Shown: positions 53,997 to 63,239 of the stretch, in pieces
How the letters are laid out: the number at the start of each line of letters is the position of its first letter
Numbering within the stretch: the stretch's first letter is position 1
Assembly: GCA_965219455.1 (NCBI GenBank)
Contig: OZ244744.1
Location: forward strand, 1,728,001-1,792,000
Reading direction: 5' to 3'
Origin: Candidatus Latescibacterota bacterium
GTDB taxonomy: Bacteria > Latescibacterota > UBA2968 > GCA-2709665
Length of the DNA: 64,000 bases
Translations under genes and position numbers: made by a program
Notes under the pieces: model-generated
What the model saw: only the letters and a program-made list of their open reading frames with translations
Told to the model about the DNA's origin: nothing
Databases searched by the model: none

Positions 53997-56900
53997 ATGA
54001 AGTGGATTACAACGACTCTACTGCTATGTGTATCCTGCGTTCTGGCAATACCGTGCCTCGTGGAGGCCGGGGATCGTGAGTTTCTCGCTGCTACGTCGCG
54101 GTTTCAGGACACGGCTTATGTTGTCGGACGCGGTGAGGGGCCAATTTCGTTAACGGAGATATGGGTCGTTTCCAGGGGCAACGATAGACCCGGAAAGCTC
54201 AAGACCTATCCCGGAGAACCCGGAACTCTGTTTTTCGATCCGGCTGGTGAATCCTTGATATATCTGGAACGAAGCTTACGAAATCAAGTCTGGGCATCTT
54301 ATTACTATGGCGGACAGTCTCTTCCAATTACAAGAAACGGGATATGGAAAATAAGCCTGGACGGCGCGGAAGAGGACTTGTGGCCGCTTCCGGTGGATTT
54401 TCAACCGAACGAAATTGCGCTATCTCCGGATGGACGCACATTGGCGATCATAGGATACAGGGGTAACTTTTTCGAGAGAATCAACAATGGCCTATGGGTA
54501 TCGGATAAGACGGGCGACATCAAGCTTCTGTTTGCCGGCAAAGTAACGACTCCGGTGTCGTGGTCGGATGATGGAACGTCTGTTACATGCAGAATTCACG
54601 ATGGATCGAAGACGATCCGTGTTCACGTCGCCACCGGAGAGATCATTCCGTCGCAAGCCACTGAAAGCAAGGCCAAAAACGATAAGCGAGACAGGGAATC
54701 CATTTCTACTGCGCCTTCTACTGCTGCTTTGGAGCAAACGGAATCTTCGGAAATCGTGCTGGGCATGATCGGTACTGGTCTCGACCTCTATATACGCGGC
54801 AAGAATGCGCTGCACAGAGGAAACGAAAAGAACGCGGTTGAAAAGTTCAAGAATGCCAGAAGTGCATTTAGACGCCTCTACGATAAAGCACGGAAATACG
54901 GCCTTTCCAGGAAGAGCTCCGAGAGATATATCGAAGCCTGTGAATTTTGGATCGACTCAAAGAAACACATGATAGAAACCGTCATATGTCAAGAGCATTT
55001 GGTCGGCATGCTGGGCTTGATACAGGAGTTTCAGCGAGTCCACGACAATAGGGATCCTTCGGATCTTGAAGAACTACATCAGTGGACGGTTCAAAAGAAG
55101 CTCGGAGGTTCACCAGCGGGAAACGAACGAAAAGACAAGATCTCGATCCTCGGCGTGGTGTTCTCCTGCCCGGCCAACCGGGAATACGCATTTCTCAGCG
55201 ATTATCTATATCAGCATGAAGGTTTGCCGGGTTCGCCTCCCGTGGCCTGTTTCTGGCACCGCGGCGAGCAGATCGACGGAGTCGCCGGCAACGACGGCGA
55301 CCGGACCACGGTTTCAAATATACAAGCGGCGAGAGTGGACAGCCTGGCGTCGAGCGGCCGTCGCGCGATGGACACGGATAAGTTGGATCGGGCACGGTTG
55401 ATCTTTCGGAACGTCGCGCGCCAGCGCCCGAGGGATCCCGATCCATATATCCATCTCGGTCACATTCTCTTGAAACTGAAACGATACGAGGAATCGAAGG
55501 AAGCGTTTCACCGAGCTCTGAGACTGGGAAGTAAGGCGGAGGCGCACTATGGTCTGGGAATGCTCTATAAGACATGGCCGATGCAGCGGCATTATGCCAT
55601 CCACCATTTCACGGAAGCGTTGATCAAAGATCGGAATTTTGTAGATGCGCGGTATCAGATGGCCAAAGTGCGTTATGAGATGAAAGAACGCGATGCCGAG
55701 CTGGAAGCAAAGAGAGTGTTGGAAATGGACCCCGAGCATGCCGGTGCTTATTTGCTGATTGCAGACTATTATTTGTACTTGTCCTGGGAATTCGAGAAGG
55801 CTGTTGTCTCGTATACAGAATACCTCGCGCTTCGCCCGGAAGATGCGGATGCGCAACGTAGCCTTGGAATTGCATACTTGAAAGTCAGAGATTATTCGAA
55901 GATTATGAACCACCTATTCGACTTCGTACAGAGGCATCCAGAGTCGATAGAACTGATGCCCATCGTTGCTATTTCTGCCATCAAGCAGGACAGTCTGGAT
56001 ATGGCAATGCGGTTCTTCGCGGATTACATTTCCAATCTTGATCCGGATAAACGAAGACTGTACGAAGATATAACGCAACTTGCATCTAGCGACGAACTAA
56101 AGGCCCTTGGCGAAACCGAGGGTTCCGACCGTGCAGGCTATTTGGAGCGCTACTGGAATTCCAGGGATCCGGATCTGTCAACGCCCGTTAACGAACGTCT
56201 GCTGGAACACTACAGAAGGGTCTGGTACGCGCTCACGGAGTTCTCAAAAAACCTGAAGCCCTGGGATGCACGAGGTGAAGTCTATATTCGGTTCGGAGAA
56301 CCCGACCATCGATCAAGATCGGACGAACCCAACTTCAAGCAGAGCCTGGAAGTTCAGCGGGTTAAGGAGCGACTCGCTTTCGATATCTACAAGGGCGACG
56401 TCGGGGCGCACACGTTTGTCGGACCCGTATACCCTGTACGTAGCCTCAAACAACTGGATGGCGCGTGGTATGAACTGAGTGACGTCAACATTGAGAACGC
56501 ATCGGCGTCGTCCGGTGGGGACGAGGCAGCCGATGTAGCCGCCGATGATCGGGGCGGTATCGTCGGCTCGGGGATTGAGGGACAAAGCACGTCTATTGAT
56601 GAAGGCGTAACGACGCCATCAGCAGCGCCTGATGACAATGTCCGTATAGGTATTTTGCCAACGGAGGAACGGCTGGGATTCGGCGACTATCATCCGGTTA
56701 CGGCAGGCGACGATCCGAGTACGGTGCCCTGGGAGACGTGGATCTATATTGACGCGGGAGGCGGAATCGAAATCACGTTTACAGACGAAATCGGTTCCGG
56801 AACATATGACTATGCCCCGATACCACCGAACCAGGGAGGAATTTCAATACGACGGACCGCTTCGTTGAGCACCCATTCTCCGCGTTCCGTCTACCAGCGA

Positions 56901-57761
56901 GCGACGTCGGTTACTCCCGATTTCTATGCCCCCGAAGACGATAGACCGCCTCTCGATTTCCACTATTCGCTGGCTGACTTTCGAGGAGGGAACAACCTCA
57001 GTCTGTTGGAAATTTACTATGGTGTTCCAGTGCTTCCAGGTCACTATATTTCAGAAGAAAACCTGACTCGGCAGGTTCTGACGCACCACGCCGCGCTCAT
57101 TTCATCCTCGCTTGACACGGTCTACCGGAAAACGAACGAGATGACCTACGTAGCTGAGGGCAACCGGGCCGGAGAGGGTCTACTTGTGCCGGACGTGCTG
57201 AAGTTGAACCTGCCACAGGGTACCTATCGTTTGGAGGTGAAATCGCAGGACCGCGTGAGAGGAAGAATGGGCATCTATCAGCAGCAGGTCGTCGTGGAGC
57301 CATATGGCGAGGAAGAATTGCAGATAAGCGACCTGGAATTGGCATGGCAGGTTGGCGCGGAACAGGCGGATAGCCGGTTCAGAAAGGGTGACCTGAACGT
57401 GGTCCCCATGCCTTCAAGAACGTACAAAAGGGGACACAGTGTATTCGTCTACTACGAAATCTACAATCTGTCGAAGGACGAATTCGGACAGACGAACTAC
57501 ATTGTCTCCTATACGATCACATCCAGAGACACACCGGGCAGGGTGGGCAACATCTCTCGCTTGTTCCGTTGGGGAACCGGCAGGAGGGAAGAATTGGCCG
57601 TAACGTACGAACAGCAGGGAGACTCTTCCCAGGAAGTGGAATACGTGGAACTGGCGCTTGACGAGCAACTTCCCGGTCGATATTCATTAAAGGTATCGAT
57701 CAACGAAAACAACAGCAGCGAGTCGGCGGAGAAAGACGTCGTCTTCGTCATTTCGCGATAG
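53997..57761 (+). CDS. Secreted multidomain GWxTD-family protein (TolB-like propeller, TPRs, GWxTD, C-terminal Ig-like domains)
   Basis: Signal peptide MKWITTTLLLCVSCVLAIPC; LSPDG/WSDDG repeats; TPRs; YWNSRDPDLSTPVNERLLEHYRRV..PWDARGEVYIRFGEPD. Confidence 0.82.
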   Translation: MKWITTTLLLCVSCVLAIPCLVEAGDREFLAATSRFQDTAYVVGRGEGPISLTEIWVVSRGNDRPGKLKTYPGEPGTLFFDPAGESLIYLERSLRNQVWASYYYGGQSLPITRNGIWKISLDGAEEDLWPLPVDFQPNEIALSPDGRTLAIIGYRGNFFERINNGLWVSDKTGDIKLLFAGKVTTPVSWSDDGTSVTCRIHDGSKTIRVHVATGEIIPSQATESKAKNDKRDRESISTAPSTAALEQTESSEIVLGMIGTGLDLYIRGKNALHRGNEKNAVEKFKNARSAFRRLYDKARKYGLSRKSSERYIEACEFWIDSKKHMIETVICQEHLVGMLGLIQEFQRVHDNRDPSDLEELHQWTVQKKLGGSPAGNERKDKISILGVVFSCPANREYAFLSDYLYQHEGLPGSPPVACFWHRGEQIDGVAGNDGDRTTVSNIQAARVDSLASSGRRAMDTDKLDRARLIFRNVARQRPRDPDPYIHLGHILLKLKRYEESKEAFHRALRLGSKAEAHYGLGMLYKTWPMQRHYAIHHFTEALIKDRNFVDARYQMAKVRYEMKERDAELEAKRVLEMDPEHAGAYLLIADYYLYLSWEFEKAVVSYTEYLALRPEDADAQRSLGIAYLKVRDYSKIMNHLFDFVQRHPESIELMPIVAISAIKQDSLDMAMRFFADYISNLDPDKRRLYEDITQLASSDELKALGETEGSDRAGYLERYWNSRDPDLSTPVNERLLEHYRRVWYALTEFSKNLKPWDARGEVYIRFGEPDHRSRSDEPNFKQSLEVQRVKERLAFDIYKGDVGAHTFVGPVYPVRSLKQLDGAWYELSDVNIENASASSGGDEAADVAADDRGGIVGSGIEGQSTSIDEGVTTPSAAPDDNVRIGILPTEERLGFGDYHPVTAGDDPSTVPWETWIYIDAGGGIEITFTDEIGSGTYDYAPIPPNQGGISIRRTASLSTHSPRSVYQRATSVTPDFYAPEDDRPPLDFHYSLADFRGGNNLSLLEIYYGVPVLPGHYISEENLTRQVLTHHAALISSSLDTVYRKTNEMTYVAEGNRAGEGLLVPDVLKLNLPQGTYRLEVKSQDRVRGRMGIYQQQVVVEPYGEEELQISDLELAWQVGAEQADSRFRKGDLNVVPMPSRTYKRGHSVFVYYEIYNLSKDEFGQTNYIVSYTITSRDTPGRVGNISRLFRWGTGRREELAVTYEQQGDSSQEVEYVELALDEQLPGRYSLKVSINENNSSESAEKDVVFVISR

Positions 57762-57888
57762 ACTTCCCGGCGTGTCGAAATATTGCGAGAAAACCTTCCC
57801 TCCGAGTTTAATGTAGTATATTGGGCGGAAATGAAGAGCCATCGGGTGAAATGGCTTCAAGTACCGAGCCCGTATCGACGAAAATCGT

Positions 57889-57917
57889 TTGACTCGCAAA
57901 GTACGATCAGGTACCTT
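57889..57917 (+). promoter_or_regulatory. Sigma70-type promoter of the SLATT-like gene
   Basis: TTGACT-17 bp-TACCTT. Confidence 0.5.
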
Positions 57918-57983
57918 CAGTTGAGAGGATGAAGCCCGCGTTTTGTCGTTGCGACGGGATGTAGTTGACTTCGGAGGTCCGCC

Positions 57984-58499
57984 ATGGTCAGTGACGCTAC
58001 TCGAAGGATGGCCTGGAATGAGTATCTGGATGTAGAGAGGGCGGCCAGATACTACGATGAACTTTCCCGTTATTATCGCAGGCGACACAATGCTATCATG
58101 ATAGGACTTGCGCTCTGCGCAATAGCCGGGGCTGGTCGCTTTATGTTTTCGGACTACATAGGTAGGCTGGCTGAAGTCATAGTAGATCTGGGCATTGTTG
58201 CAGTTAGTGTGCTTGGCCTACTTGGGAATCATGCAAGAAAATCCGCCAGTCTTCATGCGGTAAGCGTCATGTGTTTTGATTTGCAGGACAAACACAAAGC
58301 GTTGTGGTCGAAGATAGAAAACAACGCGATAGACAATAATGAAGCCTACGATATACTGATGGATCTTATTGAATCCGGCGAGAGGGCAACAAGCATTCCT
58401 GGTTGGGCAGATATCTCGGTAAATGACAAATTCAACATCAAAAGCCAAAGAGAAGCAGATAATTCACTGGTAGATCAATATTCAATCAGGGAGGCCTGA
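57984..58499 (+). CDS. SLATT-like 2TM membrane protein
   Basis: RYY...YRRRH preceding two hydrophobic helices, then a KSASLH helical region; GGAGG RBS; lower GC. Confidence 0.68.
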   Translation: MVSDATRRMAWNEYLDVERAARYYDELSRYYRRRHNAIMIGLALCAIAGAGRFMFSDYIGRLAEVIVDLGIVAVSVLGLLGNHARKSASLHAVSVMCFDLQDKHKALWSKIENNAIDNNEAYDILMDLIESGERATSIPGWADISVNDKFNIKSQREADNSLVDQYSIREA

Positions 58500-58663
58500 T
58501 GGGAGAAAGAGGCGGGCAAGAAAGAGCCATAAGACCCCCGCGTAATCCCGCAAGCCCGAGACCGGCACCGCCTCCAAGACCTGAAACTCCTCCACAGTCA
58601 CCACCCAGGCCACAATCACCGCCCGGACCACGAGAAAACAGCGGCACAAAGAAGCCGAGGTGA
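58499..58663 (+). CDS. Unannotated 54-aa Pro/Arg-rich peptide
   Basis: TGATG overlap with upstream stop, GGGAGG RBS; MGERGGQERAIRPPRNPASPRPAPPPRPETPPQSPPRPQSPPGPRENSGTKKPR. Confidence 0.62.
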   Translation: MGERGGQERAIRPPRNPASPRPAPPPRPETPPQSPPRPQSPPGPRENSGTKKPR

Positions 58664-58688
58664 AAACCTCGGCTTCTTTGTGCCGCTG
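58639..58688. terminator. Perfect 23-bp inverted repeat with GAAA loop between convergent genes
   Basis: CAGCGGCACAAAGAAGCCGAGGT-GAAA-ACCTCGGCTTCTTTGTGCCGCTG. Confidence 0.7.
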
Positions 58689-58709
58689 AAAGAAACGATC
58701 CAGCCACCT

Positions 58710-59201
58710 CTAACTCCACAAATCGGCAATCGCCTCGTCTATCGAAAACGCCTTCCCCGTGCTGGCCTGATTCTCCCGATGCAAAATCAACAGGGTCCAG
58801 CTTACTTCTTGAAGCAGGGCGCCATAGGCTTCGATATTTTCGTCCACCACTTTGAATTTTTCGTAAATGCCGGGATGGTGTTCCTTAAGTGTTTTTCCAA
58901 GGGTCTGCCAACTTCCTTTTCGCACCGTCTTCCCGGCTTCATCCAGGCCAGCGATTGCCCCCTCTACATCACCGTCGCGACACATAGATTTGTACTTTTC
59001 CGGGTTCTGTTCAAGCAGCTTCAGAAACTTATACCAATCAGCCATTGCATCCAGAACGGATTTATTGGTTGCTTCAAATTCTCGGTAAATTTCACCTATA
59101 ATTAAAAAGTGTGACAATGCATCCAAGTTTTTTTGCGCCGAACGATCTATAAGGGACGACAATTCTCCCGCAACAGGCACATCCATGACTGCTACGCCCA
59201 T
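58710..59201 (-). CDS. Hypothetical helical protein (163 aa), paralog of 32776..33270
   Basis: GGAG RBS, near-consensus promoter, shared motifs with 32776..33270. Confidence 0.72.
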   Translation of the reverse strand: MGVAVMDVPVAGELSSLIDRSAQKNLDALSHFLIIGEIYREFEATNKSVLDAMADWYKFLKLLEQNPEKYKSMCRDGDVEGAIAGLDEAGKTVRKGSWQTLGKTLKEHHPGIYEKFKVVDENIEAYGALLQEVSWTLLILHRENQASTGKAFSIDEAIADLWS

Positions 59202-59275
59202 GTCTCACTCCCTGTGGTTTCTTTCGCAAACGCATTTCTCCCACGATCCCAACTTCCCGGCAAGCATCTGCGAAA

Positions 59276-59304
59276 AGTATAGCTTAGAACATAGACCATG
59301 TCAA
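59276..59304 (-). promoter_or_regulatory. Near-consensus sigma70 promoter
   Basis: TTGACA-17 bp-TATACT on minus strand. Confidence 0.72.
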
Positions 59305-59485
59305 CTTAATAGATGTGGTTGTCTCATGCGCAGCAAGAAATCATCTTAGATTTGCATAATAATGGCACTTTATTAGAAGAATTATCTATTTTCTGCATAA
59401 TTTGAGCCGCCGGATACCTCTTCTGACCGCCCCGCGTTAACACTTCATTGAAGTCGACTGGAGTGCCGATTCGGCCATCGAGCGT

Positions 59486-59954
59486 TCAATCCGTGGTCAC
59501 GTTGAACAACGACGCCGCGTTATTCCAGAAGACGTCCTCCACCTGGCTGTCGGTGAGCCGCTCCGACCAGCACGCCCACTTCAGCGAGCGCAGTTGCTCC
59601 AGACCGACCAGCACCGGATCGACCCTGCCGTACTTCTCGCCCCAGACCGGCGTGTCTTCGTAGAGCCACAGGAACGAGTCCGCGGCGCACAACGATCTCC
59701 CACGCAGATGGCTTACGGGAAAGTCGGAACCGTACATCAGCTTCCGGTGTCCGAAGACGCGAATGATGCTCTGGTGCGCGATCGGCTCACAGTTGACACT
59801 GCAATCGAAATACAGATTCTCCAATCCCTCCAACTGCGCCAGACCCTCCAGATTGTGCGCTGGCTGAAACCCTGTCGGGCACGAACGATGCCAGTTCGCG
59901 CTGGAAAAACGCCACGTCCTCGTCACGCGCGTACCTGGTCAGATCCAGTGGCAC
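59486..59954 (-). pseudogene. Amidohydrolase family pseudogene with large internal deletion
   Basis: N-terminus VPLDLTRYARDEDVAFFQRELASFVPDRV joined out of frame to GFQPAHNLEG..NLYFDCS..KLMYGSDFP..VFWNNAASLF. Confidence 0.72.
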
Positions 59955-59986
59955 GTTCAGTCCTCTCTTCCGTGGCGGGCGCAGGC

Positions 59987-60816
59987 TTACCGGAGAATCC
60001 CCGCTTCCCGCAGAAAGCGTTCGACTTCGCGCCAGAAGGCCGGCCAATCGGGCGGGCAGTTGTTGTGCCCAGCTCTATAGGTTATCAGCCGGCCGCGTTT
60101 GGCCACACTGTGCAGGGCGACGCCGTGGCTATACGGAATGATGGCGTCCCGTGTGCCATGGGCGATGAAAACTGGACTGGGATAGTCCTTCAGGATTGTC
60201 AGATTGTCGAAAGTATCTCGAGCGAAGAATGGAGGGACGAAGAATTTTTCCGCAGCCATGGCGTTGACGCTCTTGAAGGTGGAAATCAGGACCAACGCCG
60301 CAGGACGACGTTCGGCCGCAAGCGCGCACACCGCACCGCCTCCGAGCGAGCGACCGATGAAAACGATGCGGTCCGCGTCTATGGCCTCCCGGGCGGCCAG
60401 CATGTCGTAAGCGGCGACAAAGACTTCCGTGACACTGGTTTGAGAGGAGCGCCTTCGGACCGCCCGTAACCCGGGTATTCCACCAGCAGTACGGCGAGTC
60501 CCAGACGGGTGAGGGCCTCCATTTCTTCGTCCCAGTGATCGATGAGTTCCGCATTTCCGTGAGCGAAGATGACCGCCGGAACGGGGCGGGCGTCCAATCT
60601 TGGCGAAAGCAGCCAGGTTTCCGTTCGACCAGCGCCTGTATTTAACCAGATGCGTTCGATTCCGGAAGCATCCGTCGGGGTTGGGGCCGGCGTCCGGATC
60701 AGGTGGCGCGGAAAAATGAAGCGGCGCTGCATGAAGAAGAGGATCGCGCCGTAGACTAAATAGAGTGCCAGGCCGCCGAGGAGGATTCGGAGCAGGATTT
60801 GGAGTTTCGTATCCAT
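59987..60816 (-). pseudogene. Alpha/beta hydrolase (ABHD13/Bem46-like) with 1-bp frameshift near 60445
   Basis: FAHGNAE..EYPGYGRSEGAP in one frame, SQTSVTE..GRSLGG..HGTRD..GHN in another. Confidence 0.78.
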
Positions 60817-60989
60817 GTTTCGACAAAGGCAAAAAAGGCCCCGGGAGACATCTTCACCGGGGCTTTTTAATGGAAAATGCGGGTCTGATCGGGCTCCAGT
60901 GTTCCGTCCCGGAAAAATGTCACCATTCATCCGCCGGTTCATCCCGTCTCGGCGGCCGAATTCAGGCAATCTATTTCAGGGACAGAACA

Positions 60990-61856
60990 CTAGCAGGTGA
61001 CGTCTTTTCCCTCGCTGCCGAATACGGCCAGGCGTTCCTGTGACGTGGTTGCCTTCACGCGCGCGGGACAATAGTGGAGTTGAATCGCCCGACGCCTGTA
61101 GGACGTGGTGTTGGCCGGGGTGCCGTGATGAATCATGCCGGACCAGAGGAGGCAGCCGCCCGGTTCGAGCGGGACCGCAACGACGTGGTTACGGACCAGG
61201 TGCGTATCGCAAATCTGCCAGTCGCGGCGCTTGAAATGAACCCTGGGACCCTGCAAGTGCGTGCCGGGGATCACCCGCATGCAGCCGTTTTCGGGCGTGG
61301 CCCGGTCCAGGGAAATCCACATACTCACGATGGGGGTGCCCATCGGCAGATTGAAATAGGCGTGGTCCTGGTGCCAGGGTTTTTCGCGCCCCACCCTGGG
61401 TGGCTTGAGAATGGCCTGGTGCGAATAGAGCGCCGGCTCTTCGCCGATGATCCGGGCCATGACGTCCAGGATTTTAGGGTGTTCGGCCAGAGCGGTCAGG
61501 CGGTGGTCGTAGCCCATGAAATACTGGAGCTTTCGCACCGCGTCCCACCGTTCGTCATCTGAAAGGGCGTGCAGCGTGTCCTTGTAACTGGCTTCGAACT
61601 GCACACCTTTGAATTCCGGATTTTTCCCCTTGATGAGATCCATGAGGCCGTTGAGCATGTCGTCGATCTCGTCGCTCGTGAACGCTTTCCTGACGGCCAG
61701 ATATCCGTTCCGCTGAAAATGCTCCACGTCCGCACCGGTCGCGGCGTCGAGGCTTTCGATACCTTCGTCGATTTCTTGATATTCGTAGAGGTCTGCCGTG
61801 TAGCCGCCGTCGTTGACGTAATTGTCAAAGGCGGCCCGTTCAAGGGTCTGTTCCAT
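60990..61856 (-). CDS. Phytanoyl-CoA dioxygenase (PhyH) family protein
   Basis: KPWHQDHAYF, NGCMRVIPGTH, HHGTPAN. Confidence 0.9.
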   Translation of the reverse strand: MEQTLERAAFDNYVNDGGYTADLYEYQEIDEGIESLDAATGADVEHFQRNGYLAVRKAFTSDEIDDMLNGLMDLIKGKNPEFKGVQFEASYKDTLHALSDDERWDAVRKLQYFMGYDHRLTALAEHPKILDVMARIIGEEPALYSHQAILKPPRVGREKPWHQDHAYFNLPMGTPIVSMWISLDRATPENGCMRVIPGTHLQGPRVHFKRRDWQICDTHLVRNHVVAVPLEPGGCLLWSGMIHHGTPANTTSYRRRAIQLHYCPARVKATTSQERLAVFGSEGKDVTC

Positions 61857-61972
61857 CGGTGTCTCCTCCGGGCAGGAACGGGTTTTCGGACCCCCGGACG
61901 TCGGGGTTGGGCCCAAAAGGGGACTAGCCCCTCGTTCCCACGGTTTTCAGACTGCGTATATCGCGATATCCA

Positions 61973-62057
61973 AACCTAACGCAAGCGGGCTTTTCTGTCA
62001 AGCCAAAACCGGATCAACGGGTAACCTCTTGCATTTCCCTGACGTTGACCTTATCTT
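61973..62057. promoter_or_regulatory. Divergent sigma70-like promoters
   Basis: Minus TTGACA(62001)-17-TAGGTT; plus TTGCAT(62029)-17-TATCTT. Confidence 0.45.
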
Positions 62058-62193
62058 CCCGGTTCGCAGTGCGGTCGGGCCGAGGGAACACGAAGGCTAT
62101 CACGAGGTTTTGGGGGCGCGCGGTGCGGTCTTCTTGCGTCTCCCGTCTCACGTCTTCCCTGTTACGTCTCACGCTCTACATGGAGGGTTCGCG

Positions 62194-63081
62194 ATGGAGA
62201 CACGCACGCTGGGAAGGACTGATCTGGTCGTCACCCGCCTGGGGTTTGGCGGCGCCAGGATCGGGCTCGAAGACGTAAACCCCGATCGGGTGGGAAGGGT
62301 GCTGAACCGGCTGCTGGACGACGGGATCACGTTGATCGACACCGCCGCATGCTACCACGACAGCGAGGAACTGATCGGCCGGTACATCGGTGGGAGGCGG
62401 AACGAATACGTGCTGGCCACGAAGTGCGGCCACGTGACCGGAGACGCAACTGGCGAGCCGTGGACACGGGCCGTGATCGAGGAAAGCATCGACCGGTCGT
62501 TGCAGCGGCTGAGGACGGACCACGTCGACCTGGTCCAACTCCACACCTGTTCGGCGGACGTGCTCCGGGAGGGAGAAGCCGTAGACGCCGTGATGCGGGC
62601 GAAGAAAGCGGGAAAGACGCGGTACGTGGGTTACAGCGGCGACGGCGATGACGCGCTGGAGGCGATCCGGATGGGGGTATTCAGCACGCTGCAGACGTCG
62701 TTCAACCTGGTGGATCAGAAAGGGCGCGCCGACGTGCTTCCGGAGGCGAAGGCGGCGGAGATGGGCGTGATCGCCAAAAGGCCGATTGCGAACGGGGCGA
62801 TCGGGCAGTCAGCGTCGCCGTACGGTTACGCCGACGCCTACTTTAAGCGGGCGCGGCAGCTTGAGATTCCGGATGGGGCCCCCGAGGATCCCATCGAACT
62901 TTCGCTACGTTTTACGCTTTCACAGGATGCCATCGATACGGCCATTGTGGGAACGACGAATCCGGATCATGCCCGGGATAACCTGGAACTGACGGAAAAG
63001 GGACCTCTCGCCAACGCCGTGCTGGATTCCTTTTACAGCCAGTTCGATGCCCTGGGGGCGGAGTGGAACCCGCAGACGTGA
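62194..63081 (+). CDS. Aldo/keto reductase
   Basis: IDTAACY, LATKCG, SLQRLRTDHVDLVQLH. Confidence 0.92.
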   Translation: METRTLGRTDLVVTRLGFGGARIGLEDVNPDRVGRVLNRLLDDGITLIDTAACYHDSEELIGRYIGGRRNEYVLATKCGHVTGDATGEPWTRAVIEESIDRSLQRLRTDHVDLVQLHTCSADVLREGEAVDAVMRAKKAGKTRYVGYSGDGDDALEAIRMGVFSTLQTSFNLVDQKGRADVLPEAKAAEMGVIAKRPIANGAIGQSASPYGYADAYFKRARQLEIPDGAPEDPIELSLRFTLSQDAIDTAIVGTTNPDHARDNLELTEKGPLANAVLDSFYSQFDALGAEWNPQT

Positions 63082-63239
63082 ATAAAGGAAACACGAGTTC
63101 GCTCACTTGAGATGCATGGAGCCGCGACAAACGTCTCGTAGTGGGAAGGTGAGTCCGATCGGAGACCCGCACGGATTCCCGTTCGACGCGGGGATGCGAA
63201 ATCGGTTGACGGGTCGTCGATTTTTGACTTGGGATTCCC

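Noticed and set aside
58486-58719. 77-aa Gly-rich minus ORF
   Set aside because: Mostly the antisense of the Pro-rich peptide; only the first ~10 codons may be a gene relic
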